Origin: Pseudomonadota bacterium
Lineage (GTDB): Bacteria > Desulfobacterota > Desulfobulbia > Desulfobulbales > JAGXFP01
Direction of reading: 5' to 3'
NCBI GenBank assembly: GCA_018814305.1
Contig: JAHJAA010000079.1
Coordinates: forward strand, 10,130-74,129
Length of the DNA stretch: 64,000 nt
Each line of letters opens with the position of its first letter. The first letter of the stretch is position 1. Both the position numbers and the translations under genes were made by a program. Below, piece after piece: positions 7,438 to 17,147 of the stretch. The notes below the pieces were generated by a model that made no database searches, was not told the origin of the DNA, and worked only from the letters and a program-made list of their open reading frames with translations.

Positions 7438-9507
7438 TCAGTTGTCTCCTGCCTGGGCTTGTTCGACGATCTTACCGGCAATATTGGAGGGAACATCCTC
7501 GTAATGTGAAAATTCAACCTTGAAGGACCCTCGGGCCCCGGTGATCGAGGTCAGGTCAGGGGCATATTTGAGCACCTCCGCCATGGGGGCCTGGGCAGAG
7601 ATTACCTCCAGCTTACCCTCGGAATCCATCCCCATCACTTTGCCCCGTTTTCCGTTCAGGTCTCCGATCACATCTCCCACACAGTCTTGGGGCACCTTAA
7701 TGGTCATGTTCATGATCGGTTCAAGCAGAACCGGTTTTGCTTCAAGGGCTCCCTTGCGGAAGGCCATTGAACCTGAAATTTTGAAGGCCATTTCCGAGGA
7801 ATCTACGGCATGAAATGAGCCGTCCACCAGGGAAACCTTGACGTCGACCATGGGATAACCGGCAAGCACTCCTTTGTCCATGGCCTCAATAACCCCCTTT
7901 TCAACGGCGGGGATATACTGTTTGGGGATAACCCCGCCGACAATCTTGTCTTCAAAGACAAAACCTCCACCACTGGGCATCGGTTCGATTTCAATCCAGC
8001 TGTCGGCAAATTGGCCGTGACCCCCGGTTTGTTTTTTATGTTTTCCCTGAACGCGAGCCTTACCCCTGATTGTTTCTTTATAGGGGACTTTGGGACTTTC
8101 GAGTTTCATCTCAACCCCGAATTTTCGCTTGATCCGGTCGCCGATGACCTCCACATGGATCTGGCCGACCCCCGAGATCAGAATCTGACGGGTGCTCTTT
8201 TCGCGATTGAGTTGCAGGGTTGGGTCTTCTTCCAGCATCTTAGTGATGGAGGCGATCAGTTTTTCTTCATCCTTTTTTTCGGTGGTGGTTACTGCATACG
8301 AGATATTTGGTTCCACCGGGATCAGCGGGTCAAACAAAACGGGGGCATCCGCGGCACAGAGGGTGTCACCGGTCACCGTTTCTTTGAGTTTGGCTAAGGC
8401 GACGATCATTCCCGGTCCGGCACTGTCAGTGGGTTTTTGGCTCTTGCCTTCAAGAAGCAGGATTTGGCTGAATTTTTCATTTACTTCGCGGGAGGCGTTA
8501 TAGAAAGAATCACCTTTCATGGTTCCGGAAACGACCTTCAGGATGGTAAGTCGACCGGCGTAAGGATCAGCCATGGTCTTGAACACCAGGCCGGAAAAAG
8601 GTGCCTCGGGAGAGGGAGGGCACTCGATCAGTTCACTGGTTTTTGGATTGGTTCCTATCTGGGCTGGGCGTTCCGAGGGGGAAGGGAGGAGTTCATTGAT
8701 CATGTTGAGGAGCAGGGCGGTCCCCAGATTGGTGGCGGCCGCGCCGACCGTTACCGGATTGATGGCACCGGATCGGGTGGCGGCACGCAGGCCGGTCAGA
8801 AGTTCTTCATCGGTGAGTTTGCCTTCTTCCAGAAAATTTTCAATAAGCGCATCATCGGTCTCAGCGACCAATTCCATCAGGGTCTCACGGGCAAGGGTTA
8901 CTTCATCGGCCATGTCGACCGGAATTTCACATTCCTTGACCTGGCCGCTATTCCCCTCAAAGGTGAAGGCCTTTTGGCGGATGATATCGATAATTCCTTT
9001 GAAGTCGGCCTCGGCGCCGATGGGGAGATGAATCATGGCCGGTTTGAAAGGGAGATTATTCTGCATTTCGGTCAGAATAGTCGTGTGGTCGGCTCGCTCA
9101 CGATCCATTTTGTTAATATGAATAAGGGTTGGCAGCCCCCGATCGGCGACGAACTGCGCAATCTTTTCGGTCTGGCTCTTGATACCCAGATTGGCCTCAA
9201 CCACAAAAAGGGCACAGTCGGCAACCCGGCTGGCATACATGGTTTCATTGAGGAAGTTGTCATCACCAGGGGTGTCGATTAAGTAAACCGAATGTTTGAG
9301 CCAGTTGAGATGGTTAAAGGATGAACTGATCGTAGAGTGGCGATTGATTTCTTCGGGCTCATAATCCATCACCGAGGAGCCGTCATCAACTTTACCCAAG
9401 CGGGTGGTTTTGCCGGCGGTGAAGAGAAGTGCTTCAGCCAGAGAGGTCTTTCCGGATTTGCCGTGGCCGAATAACGCTACATTCCTTACCAGTTTGACGT
9501 CCTGCAT
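7438..9507 (-). CDS. elongation factor G family GTPase (paralogue type with GHGKSGKTS P-loop)
   Basis: 689 aa with G-domain motifs GHGKSGKTS, DTPGDDNF and NKMD, and domains II-V recognisable (GKHKKQTGGHGQF, GVLAGYPMVDVKV). Not in a str-operon context. Confidence 0.9.
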   Translation of the reverse strand: MQDVKLVRNVALFGHGKSGKTSLAEALLFTAGKTTRLGKVDDGSSVMDYEPEEINRHSTISSSFNHLNWLKHSVYLIDTPGDDNFLNETMYASRVADCALFVVEANLGIKSQTEKIAQFVADRGLPTLIHINKMDRERADHTTILTEMQNNLPFKPAMIHLPIGAEADFKGIIDIIRQKAFTFEGNSGQVKECEIPVDMADEVTLARETLMELVAETDDALIENFLEEGKLTDEELLTGLRAATRSGAINPVTVGAAATNLGTALLLNMINELLPSPSERPAQIGTNPKTSELIECPPSPEAPFSGLVFKTMADPYAGRLTILKVVSGTMKGDSFYNASREVNEKFSQILLLEGKSQKPTDSAGPGMIVALAKLKETVTGDTLCAADAPVLFDPLIPVEPNISYAVTTTEKKDEEKLIASITKMLEEDPTLQLNREKSTRQILISGVGQIHVEVIGDRIKRKFGVEMKLESPKVPYKETIRGKARVQGKHKKQTGGHGQFADSWIEIEPMPSGGGFVFEDKIVGGVIPKQYIPAVEKGVIEAMDKGVLAGYPMVDVKVSLVDGSFHAVDSSEMAFKISGSMAFRKGALEAKPVLLEPIMNMTIKVPQDCVGDVIGDLNGKRGKVMGMDSEGKLEVISAQAPMAEVLKYAPDLTSITGARGSFKVEFSHYEDVPSNIAGKIVEQAQAGDN

Positions 9508-9975
9508 GAATGCCTCCGTTATAATTGATGGTAGAAACGGGTTATACCAATGGATGTGGCGGGTCTTCTTCCTTAACTCAAATCATTTGGATGTACCTCG
9601 AATGGCAAGGAATTCATCGATTGATTTAAATATGAAAGAAGGACCTTCGGTATATCGTGATTCAGGATGTATCAAGAAATAATTCTTACTCTTCACCCAT
9701 CGAATCTCCAAGAAAAAATTGTGAATAAGGGAAAAAAGATAGAAATGTGATGTTTCGAGGTCTGAGGCTGACCGGAAAGGGATTGGAGTTGTTTTTCCCC
9801 CGGCAAGTTGCTATGTACAGAGGGGAAGAGAGCGACGTATTACTCGGTAGGTTTATCAGTTTCGTTTTTGGAATAAGGCAATTGATATCGTGATGGTTTT
9901 ATCAACCAGGTGGCGCATCCGAAGTTTTGACCTCGGTTTGGGGTCTGCGGATCGTCCCTCAGGAATGACCCTCCC

Positions 9976-11580
9976 ATGAAAAAAGCAGCCCTTGATACTG
10001 GAAAAATTGCCCGATCCGCCGGAACGGTCAGTGTCGCGGTCATGTGTAGCCGAGTGTTGGGGTTGGTCCGGGAACAGGTCTTTGCCTATCTGTTTGGGGC
10101 AGGCTTTACCTATGATGCCTTTGTCGTCGCTTTCAGGATCCCGAACCTGCTCCGTGATCTGTTCGGGGAAGGCGCCTTGAGTACCGCTTTTGTGACGGTA
10201 TTTTCCGATTATGATGCCAATCGGGGGGAAGAGGCCGTCCGTCGGTTGGCAGGTAATGTCCTGGTCGCGGTGAGTCTCTTGCTCAGTTTCTTGATATTGG
10301 CGGGAGTCTGGCAGACGGAAAATATTATCCGGTTGATGGTGGAGGCTGGTTTTGAGGGCATCCCCGGCAAGATGGAATTGACCCGGTTAATGACGATAAT
10401 CATGTTCCCCTTTCTGCTCCTGGTGTCACTGTCTTCGGTCTGTATGGGCATCCTTAATACCCGGGGGTATTTTTTTATTCCATCCCTGGCCTCGAGTTTC
10501 TTTAACCTGGGGTCCATTGTGGTCGGAGTGGCCCTTTCCCTGGTGATGCCGAAATTCGGCCACCCCCCGATCGTCGGTATGGCCTTCGGGACCTTGGCTG
10601 GTGGCCTTCTCCAGCTGGTGGGACAGTTCCCCGCCCTTCGTCGGGCTGGCTTTCGCTTTTTGCCGAACCTCGATCTTCGGGATCCTGGGCTTCACCGGAT
10701 TCTGTTATTGATGGTTCCGGCCATTGCCGGGCTGGCCGCCCTGCAACTAAATGTCTTCATCAATAATTATTTTGCCTCCTCCCTGGTCCAGGGAAGCCTC
10801 TCCTGGCTGAATTATGCCTTCCGCCTCTTCATGTTTCCGGTGGGGGTCTTCGGGGTTGCCATTGCCATTGCCGCCCATCCCGTTATGGCCCGTCATGCCG
10901 CCACCGGGGACTTTGATCGCCTCCGGGAATCCTATGTGTCGGCCCTGACCATTGCCTTTTGTCTCACCATCCCGGCCACGGTCGGTCTGATCATGTTGGC
11001 TGAACCCATTGTCCGGATTATCTTTGAACACGGCCGTTTTGATGCGCTTTCCACCAGGCAGACCTCCCAAGCCCTGGTTTATTATGCCCTGGGGCTCTTC
11101 TTTTACAGTTCGGTCAAGGTTACGGTGCCGGTTTTTTATAACATCAACGGGACCAGGTATCCGGTGGCTGGCAGCTTCCTGGCGGTGGTGGCGAATGTGA
11201 GTGTGATTTTGTTGACCATCGGAAGCCTTGGCCACCGGGCTCTGGCTTTGTCCATTTCATGTGCCATGGCGGTAAACTTTATTTTTCTTTTCAGTATGCT
11301 ATCTTCGAAGCTCAAGGGGCTTCCCCTGGGGTATCTGTTCCGTGGCTTGATCAGGGTGGTCGGTGGTGCCGTCGTGATGGGAATCTGGTTGGAGGGGCTT
11401 GAGTTGTTGCTGCCTTCTGGAAGATTTTCCAGCCGTCTGCTTGAACTCCTGTGGCTTATCTTTCAGATCGGTTCCGGGGGGGTGGTCTATGTGTTGATCC
11501 TCTATCTCTTGAAGTTACGGGAGCTCCATTTTATTTTGGATCGTTTGGCTGAACGGTTGCCCGGGATCAAGCGTCCATGA
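9976..11580 (+). CDS. murJ: lipid II flippase MurJ (MviN)
   Basis: 534 aa with about 14 TM segments. N-terminus SRVLGLVREQVFAYLFGAG...DAFVVAFRIPNLLRDLFGEGALS is canonical MurJ. Confidence 0.9.
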   Translation: MKKAALDTGKIARSAGTVSVAVMCSRVLGLVREQVFAYLFGAGFTYDAFVVAFRIPNLLRDLFGEGALSTAFVTVFSDYDANRGEEAVRRLAGNVLVAVSLLLSFLILAGVWQTENIIRLMVEAGFEGIPGKMELTRLMTIIMFPFLLLVSLSSVCMGILNTRGYFFIPSLASSFFNLGSIVVGVALSLVMPKFGHPPIVGMAFGTLAGGLLQLVGQFPALRRAGFRFLPNLDLRDPGLHRILLLMVPAIAGLAALQLNVFINNYFASSLVQGSLSWLNYAFRLFMFPVGVFGVAIAIAAHPVMARHAATGDFDRLRESYVSALTIAFCLTIPATVGLIMLAEPIVRIIFEHGRFDALSTRQTSQALVYYALGLFFYSSVKVTVPVFYNINGTRYPVAGSFLAVVANVSVILLTIGSLGHRALALSISCAMAVNFIFLFSMLSSKLKGLPLGYLFRGLIRVVGGAVVMGIWLEGLELLLPSGRFSSRLLELLWLIFQIGSGGVVYVLILYLLKLRELHFILDRLAERLPGIKRP

Positions 11581-11607
11581 CCACCCGGGTTGATCGTCAC
11601 GGTCCCA

Positions 11608-12360
11608 TTACTGCTGGACCCCTGTTTTTAGGTGGCGAAGCAGGTCAAGTTGGGAGAGAATGGCCGGGACGGCGGTATCGACCCGGAGGATCCTTGGGCC
11701 CAGGCTGAAACTGATAAAGCCCAGCTCGTGGAAGCGCTGGATTTCATAGTCCACCCATCCCCCTTCTGGTCCAATGGCTACGGCCACCGGGGTGTTCGGG
11801 GTGGGGAGCAAGCCGGGGTCGAGAAAGGCTGGGGGTTCCGGGTGGGCGATCAAGGAAACGGTATCTTCACTGAGCAGAGGCGGCAGCACATCTTCGATAA
11901 AAGGACGGAAACGGGTATGCACCGTGATCCGGGGAAGCAGGCAGTCCATTGCCTGTTCCAGGCCCAGGCGCAGGGCTTCATTCAGCGCCGCCTCTGCCAT
12001 AATTGAGGCACTGTAATAACTCTTTTCGACCCGGTTGGCCTTGATGAGATAGATGTGTTCGACTCCGAGTGATGCCGCCTGGGAGAGGACCCGCTTCAGC
12101 ATGATAGGTCTCGGCAGGGCAAGAATCAATCTGGTTGGGACCTTTGGTGGCGGCGGGGTGGTCGCGTTAATTTTCAGAGTGACCGCTTTCGGGCTCAAAT
12201 TTTCGATCAATCCGGTACCGATGTGGCTGTTGATAATGCCAATCTTCAGGGTGTCACCGGCTTCGGCCCGGAGGATTTTCAGGATATGCTGGCAACGGCG
12301 ATCAGTCAATACGACTCGGTCCAGATGGATTTCATTCGGATCAATCAATATCAGGTTCAT
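11608..12360 (-). CDS. rsmE: 16S rRNA (uracil1498-N3)-methyltransferase RsmE
   Basis: GPEGGW motif, RILRVDTA tail and PUA-like N-terminus. Start chosen at ATG 12360 (MNLILIDPNE). Confidence 0.85.
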   Translation of the reverse strand: MNLILIDPNEIHLDRVVLTDRRCQHILKILRAEAGDTLKIGIINSHIGTGLIENLSPKAVTLKINATTPPPPKVPTRLILALPRPIMLKRVLSQAASLGVEHIYLIKANRVEKSYYSASIMAEAALNEALRLGLEQAMDCLLPRITVHTRFRPFIEDVLPPLLSEDTVSLIAHPEPPAFLDPGLLPTPNTPVAVAIGPEGGWVDYEIQRFHELGFISFSLGPRILRVDTAVPAILSQLDLLRHLKTGVQQ

Positions 12361-12408
12361 GGCTCTCCATAAAAAATGGGACATGGAAACGCCGGGAGGC
12401 GTTTTGTA

Positions 12409-13707
12409 ATGATGCTTTTTCTATATAATGCACTCCAGCTCATCTTCACCATTCTTTTTCTGCCGTTGATCGGTCTTGTCGTCCTGATGACGCCCCGGTA
12501 TAGAGGGAGGATGGGGCGGAGGCTCGGGTTTGGTTTGGATCGAGCGGTCGGAGGGATAAGTCCAACCGGGTTTCCCCGGATCTGGATTCATGGACTGTCG
12601 GTTGGGGAAACGGCTTCGGCCCGGTCACTGATCGCAGGACTTCGGGAAACCTATCCTGATGGTATTCTGATCTATTCCGCCACCACCCGATCTGGTGAAG
12701 GGTATGCCGCCTCGGCCCTGGCTGGACTGGTCGATTTGCACGTTCCCTTTCCCCTTGATTTTAGATGGGTTGTTGAACGTTTTGCCGTATTGTTGAAACC
12801 GGACTTATTTGTTTTGGTCGAGACGGATCTGTGGCCGAATTTCCTGGCGGTACTTAATCGTCGAAAGATTAAGGTGGTTCTGGTCAATGGGAGAATATCC
12901 AAAGAATCATTTCAACGGTACCGCCGATTTCGATTTTTCTTTGAACCGATGTTTCGTTCCTTCCACTTCCTGGCCATGCAGACCGAGGAAGATTCCCGGC
13001 GGATTGCCGCCCTGGGAGTCCCGGTTGAACGGTTAAAAACCTTGGGGAACCTCAAGTACGGTACTCTGCTGGATGGTGTTGCGGTGGCAAGTGCGGAGGT
13101 TGCTCTGGAACTGGTCGAATTTTGTCAGCATGGGCCGGTTTTGCTCGCCGGATCAACCCATAAAGGCGAGGAAGCTATTTTACTTCAGGTCTATAAAAAA
13201 CTCAAAAGGTCGGTCCCCACCCTCAAATTGATTCTGGCCCCGAGGAACCTGGAGAGGGCCAAGGAAGTGCTCCGGCTTGCCCTTGATGAAGGTTGGCGAG
13301 CGGATAGCAGGTCCGGGGTCTTTCGGGTGGACTGTGAGCTCTTGGTCCTTGACACCCTGGGAGAACTTGCCGGTCTTTATGAATATTGCGACATGGCCTT
13401 TGTCGGGGGATCCCTGGTGGCTCGGGGGGGGCATAATCCCCTGGAAGCGGTTCTTTTTGGAAAACCGGTCGCCTTTGGTCCCCATATGGATGATTTTGCT
13501 GAAATAACCGGAGATCTGTTGAATGCTGGCGGGGCGGTGCAGGCCAAGGATCAGGAGGATCTTGGTCGGATTTTCGAAGAGTGGCTCTTAGACCCTGCCT
13601 CACGAGCGGTCACCGGGAGTCGGGGTGCCCAGGTTGTCGAAACGAATCGGGGGGTAACCAGTCGCCATTTGGATTTTATCCGGACTACTCTGGCCGGTGG
13701 GGAGTGA
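12409..13707 (+). CDS. waaA: 3-deoxy-D-manno-octulosonic acid (Kdo) transferase
   Basis: WIHGLSVGETASARSLI motif and the C-terminal GGSLV..GGHNPLEA glycosyltransferase core. ATG 12409 is preceded by GGGAGG at 12394-12399. Confidence 0.9.
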   Translation: MMLFLYNALQLIFTILFLPLIGLVVLMTPRYRGRMGRRLGFGLDRAVGGISPTGFPRIWIHGLSVGETASARSLIAGLRETYPDGILIYSATTRSGEGYAASALAGLVDLHVPFPLDFRWVVERFAVLLKPDLFVLVETDLWPNFLAVLNRRKIKVVLVNGRISKESFQRYRRFRFFFEPMFRSFHFLAMQTEEDSRRIAALGVPVERLKTLGNLKYGTLLDGVAVASAEVALELVEFCQHGPVLLAGSTHKGEEAILLQVYKKLKRSVPTLKLILAPRNLERAKEVLRLALDEGWRADSRSGVFRVDCELLVLDTLGELAGLYEYCDMAFVGGSLVARGGHNPLEAVLFGKPVAFGPHMDDFAEITGDLLNAGGAVQAKDQEDLGRIFEEWLLDPASRAVTGSRGAQVVETNRGVTSRHLDFIRTTLAGGE

Positions 13708-14783
13708 CGGTGAATTTTAGAGAGTATCTTTTTACCCTTGGTCGACTCATTTCACCCCTGTACGGCGTGGTCATGCAGTTCCGGGCCTGGGGATATCGGT
13801 CCGGGATGTTTGCCAGGGCCAGATTGCCGGTACCGGTGATTTGTATTGGGAATCTTACCATGGGAGGAACCGGAAAAACCCCGATGGTGATCGCACTCGC
13901 TCAATTCCTTCTCGGTGAAGGTTGGAGACCAGCGGTGATCAGTCGTGGGTATGGCGGACGGGCCAAAGAATCGGTTAACATTGTCTCAGATGGCTCGCGG
14001 GTTCTGCTGGATGTGTCTGAAGCCGGAGATGAACCGTTTCTTCTGGCTCAAAACCTGCCGGGGGTGCCGGTTTTGACCGGAAGTCGTCGAGCACTTCCCG
14101 GGCGGACGGCCATCGAGCGTTTTGGTGCGGATATTATCGTGATGGACGATGGTTTTCAGCATCTCGCCCTCGAACGTGATTTGGACATAGTCTTATTCAA
14201 GGCGGGAACGTATCTCGGCCGTGGGCGGGTTTTTCCGGGTGGTGAGTTGCGGGAGCCTTTGTCGGCACTGCAACGGGCCGGGGTGTTTTGTATCACGGGA
14301 GTGGATGACGCTCCCCACAATGAAACAGGGGCTTTTCAGGACTGGCTCCTAGAGAATTATCCTGGCCGGCCGGTACATCTCATCTCATTCCAAGCCAGGC
14401 TGTGTGATGAACAAGGAGGGAGCATAGCTTTTGGGGAAGGTGCCAACCACCAGCATTATTACGTCATGAGCGGGCTTGCCGGGCCTCAGTCCTTTTACCG
14501 CTCTCTGGCGGCTTTCGGGATCAAGACGGTGGGGGCTCTTTCTTTTGAGGATCATCATTCTTACCAGGAAAAGGATCTCAAACGGGTTGTTGATTTGGCT
14601 ATACAGTCAGGAGCGACAGCCATTGTGACCACTGAAAAAGATCTGGTGAAGTTACACGGCCAGGGTTTTGCGTTGCCAGTGCACTGTTTCAAAATTAGGA
14701 TGATCCTGCCGGTTGAGTTCAAGCAGTTTTTAAAGGAATTACTTAGTCAATTTAGGGACTCCCCGAGAACCATCCAACCCTGA
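13704..14783 (+). CDS. lpxK: tetraacyldisaccharide 4'-kinase
   Basis: VPVICIGNLTMGGTGKTPMV P-loop and DDGFQH motif. The start is probably GTG 13704 or 13710, overlapping the waaA stop. The tracked upstream extension lies inside waaA. Confidence 0.85.
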   Translation: MTVNFREYLFTLGRLISPLYGVVMQFRAWGYRSGMFARARLPVPVICIGNLTMGGTGKTPMVIALAQFLLGEGWRPAVISRGYGGRAKESVNIVSDGSRVLLDVSEAGDEPFLLAQNLPGVPVLTGSRRALPGRTAIERFGADIIVMDDGFQHLALERDLDIVLFKAGTYLGRGRVFPGGELREPLSALQRAGVFCITGVDDAPHNETGAFQDWLLENYPGRPVHLISFQARLCDEQGGSIAFGEGANHQHYYVMSGLAGPQSFYRSLAAFGIKTVGALSFEDHHSYQEKDLKRVVDLAIQSGATAIVTTEKDLVKLHGQGFALPVHCFKIRMILPVEFKQFLKELLSQFRDSPRTIQP

Positions 14784-14942
14784 ATATCCCCTTTAAGTCG
14801 TGTGGTTTCCCCCTCCTGTCCGAATTTAGCGTGTTTTTTTTGCAACAAATCAAAAACTAAATAACAGTTCTAACTGTCTCCTCGCTGTTTAATTCATTGA
14901 ACTGTTATCGTTTTGGAACTTTTTGTAGGGATAGGTATGGTG

Positions 14943-14957
14943 TGGCCTGATAATTGC
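14943..14957 (+). promoter_or_regulatory. sigma-54-like -24/-12 element (TGGCCTGATAATTGC), about 65 bp upstream of lpxC
   Basis: GG and GC dinucleotides have the canonical 12-nt offset of TGGCAC-N5-TTGC. This is a single motif match only. Confidence 0.2.
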
Positions 14958-15019
14958 TTTGGAAATTGGTTTGTTGTTTTGTTAGCAGTTTATTATTTTT
15001 TTAAAATATCAGGTCACCA

Positions 15020-16024
15020 ATGAAATTATTTTTAAAAAAACAGAGTCCGTATCAGCATACGGTTCGCTCCGAAGTCCGCATGAGCGGGATTGGACTTCAT
15101 TCCGGGCGACCGGTTTTGATGCATATTAAACCTGCCGAAGCCGATAGTGGTATTCGTTTTTTTCGAACGGATCTTCAACAGGAAATCCCAGCTTTGATGG
15201 ATCGGGTCGTTGATACCAGATTGGCAACGACCTTGGGTGAAAATGGGGTGTCGATCTCAACCACCGAGCATCTCCTGGCTGCCTTATCGGGGATTGGAAT
15301 CGATAATGCCCGAATCGAATTAAACGGACCGGAAGTCCCGATTATGGATGGCAGTGCCGGGCCTTTTGTCCATCTTCTGAAGAAAATTGATCGCTGTCGT
15401 CAGGCCAGCAGTCGACGGCTCTTGAAAATAACTCGGGAAATTGCCTTGAAGTCGGGGGAGACTGAAATTCGGGTTGTTCCCCATGACGGAATGAAGATCA
15501 CCTGCGAAATTGATTTTGATCATCAACTTATTCGACGACAGTCTTATTCATTTGAAATGGACTCCAAGCGATTCGTCAAGGAAATTGCTTCGGCCCGGAC
15601 CTTTGGTTTTATGGATCAGGTTGAGCAGTTGCGGGCTAATGGTCTGGCTCTTGGCGGATCTCTTGAAAATGCTGTTGTCATGGATCAATCAAGGGTCCTG
15701 AATACTGAAGGGCTCCGCTTTACTGATGAGTTCGTTCGTCATAAGGTCTTGGATTTGATTGGCGACCTGGCCCTGCTTGGCTGTCCGATTGTAGGGCATG
15801 TTATTGCTTCTCGTCCTGGGCATGGTCAACACCTTGCCTTGATGAAGGAGATAATTGCCCATCCGGAGTGCTGGGAGTTTATTACCCTGGAGAAGACCGA
15901 GGAACCAGGAATGTTGAGTCGGGTGGTAACCACAACGAAAGCCGCTCGGAGTATGTTCACCCCTTACCTGGTGCCTCCGGCTACGGTTCCTGCCGGGTTA
16001 TCTTCATCTCTCGGTGGTTCATAA
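15020..16024 (+). CDS. lpxC: UDP-3-O-acyl-N-acetylglucosamine deacetylase
   Basis: GIGLHSG, TTEHLLAAL, IVGH...RPGH and DEFVRHKVLDLIGDL are canonical LpxC motifs. Confidence 0.95.
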   Translation: MKLFLKKQSPYQHTVRSEVRMSGIGLHSGRPVLMHIKPAEADSGIRFFRTDLQQEIPALMDRVVDTRLATTLGENGVSISTTEHLLAALSGIGIDNARIELNGPEVPIMDGSAGPFVHLLKKIDRCRQASSRRLLKITREIALKSGETEIRVVPHDGMKITCEIDFDHQLIRRQSYSFEMDSKRFVKEIASARTFGFMDQVEQLRANGLALGGSLENAVVMDQSRVLNTEGLRFTDEFVRHKVLDLIGDLALLGCPIVGHVIASRPGHGQHLALMKEIIAHPECWEFITLEKTEEPGMLSRVVTTTKAARSMFTPYLVPPATVPAGLSSSLGGS

Positions 16025-16054
16025 AGAAGTACGTCTCTGATACTGATTGTTCCA

Positions 16055-16088
16055 GCCCGCGGATTTCACAATCCGCGGGCTTTTTTTT
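16055..16088 (+). terminator. rho-independent terminator after lpxC
   Basis: Perfect stem GCCCGCGGATT / AATCCGCGGGC with loop TCAC, followed by T8. Confidence 0.75.
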
Positions 16089-16281
16089 GTCGGTGTGTTA
16101 AGATCGGACCGTTCACCCCCATGGGTCCTTTGGTTAAAAACCTTGGTTGGATGTTTCCATGGGCAGCACCTCCACGGTTCGTTGAAAATTCAAAGGCCAG
16201 GGGGGAATCTCTCCCCTGAATCGCTGATTTATTCAGGCAGGGTATCTCGTCGGTCATAAGGAAATTGAAAAGGTGATCAGT

Positions 16282-17115
16282 ATGAAATTACAAGGGAAAA
16301 TCGGTTTTCTCGGGGGGGGGAGGATGGCTGAGGCCCTGATTAAGGGAATCTTGGGCGCCGGACTGATCGATCCAATGATGGTTGTCGTTGTTGATCCGGT
16401 TGAGGAGCGTCGACGTCTCCTGGCCGAACAGTTCAAGGTCACCGTTTCCCTTGATCCTAACGAGGTTACTTCTTGTGCCACGGTGATCCTGGCGGTCAAG
16501 CCTCAGGTTCTCAGTGGGCTCTTGGCCGATAATCGGGATCTGTTTACAGCCGAGCATCTGGTGATTTCCATTGCGGCGGGGGTATCCCTTAAGACCCTGG
16601 AATCCCTGTTAGCCGGGACTGGGAGTCGGGTCATCAGGATGATGCCTAATACCCCGGCCCTGGTTCTGGAAGGGGCTGCTGCGCTCAGTGCCGGAGCACG
16701 GGCAACGAAAAACGATATTGACACGACTGTCGCGATCTTCGAAGCGGTCGGGCGATGCGTGATCCTCAGTGAAAAAGAAATGGATGCCGTTACCGGGTTG
16801 AGCGGCAGCGGCCCGGCGTATGTATTTTCGTTTATCGAGGCGTTGATCGACGCTGGGGTGAAGGTCGGCTTAAGCAGGCCGGTTGCTGAAACCCTGGCCC
16901 TCCAGACGGTGCTCGGCTCTGTACGTCTGGCCATGGAAAGCCGTGAACACCCAGCCCAATTACGGGCCATGGTGACTTCCCCTGGAGGAACGACCATTGC
17001 CGGGCTTCATGTGATGGAACGGGCCGGCTTCCAAGGAATTATCATGGATGCTGTTGAAGCCGCCACCAGTCGCTCACGTGAACTTGGGATCGAGGCCGCC
17101 AAGGCCGACTCGTGA
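16282..17115 (+). CDS. proC: pyrroline-5-carboxylate reductase
   Basis: IGFLGGGRMAEALIKG Rossmann motif and C-terminal SPGGTTIAGL signature. ATG 16282 is preferred over the tracked GTG 16273. Confidence 0.9.
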   Translation: MKLQGKIGFLGGGRMAEALIKGILGAGLIDPMMVVVVDPVEERRRLLAEQFKVTVSLDPNEVTSCATVILAVKPQVLSGLLADNRDLFTAEHLVISIAAGVSLKTLESLLAGTGSRVIRMMPNTPALVLEGAAALSAGARATKNDIDTTVAIFEAVGRCVILSEKEMDAVTGLSGSGPAYVFSFIEALIDAGVKVGLSRPVAETLALQTVLGSVRLAMESREHPAQLRAMVTSPGGTTIAGLHVMERAGFQGIIMDAVEAATSRSRELGIEAAKADS

Positions 17116-17147
17116 GGGTTTGTTCTCTCTACGGAGCAGAGTAACCA

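Noticed and set aside
8437-9282. 281-aa ORF on the plus strand antisense to the EF-G gene; similar shadow ORFs at 51743-52477, 29757-30269, 57614-58060, 16503-16997 and 24400-25116
   Set aside because: They lie fully within strongly supported genes on the opposite strand. They have biased, low-complexity composition and no recognisable motifs, so they are typical shadow ORFs.
13581-13703. Upstream extension of the lpxK ORF
   Set aside because: It lies entirely inside waaA in another frame. LpxK-like sequence starts at the GTG codons that overlap the waaA stop.
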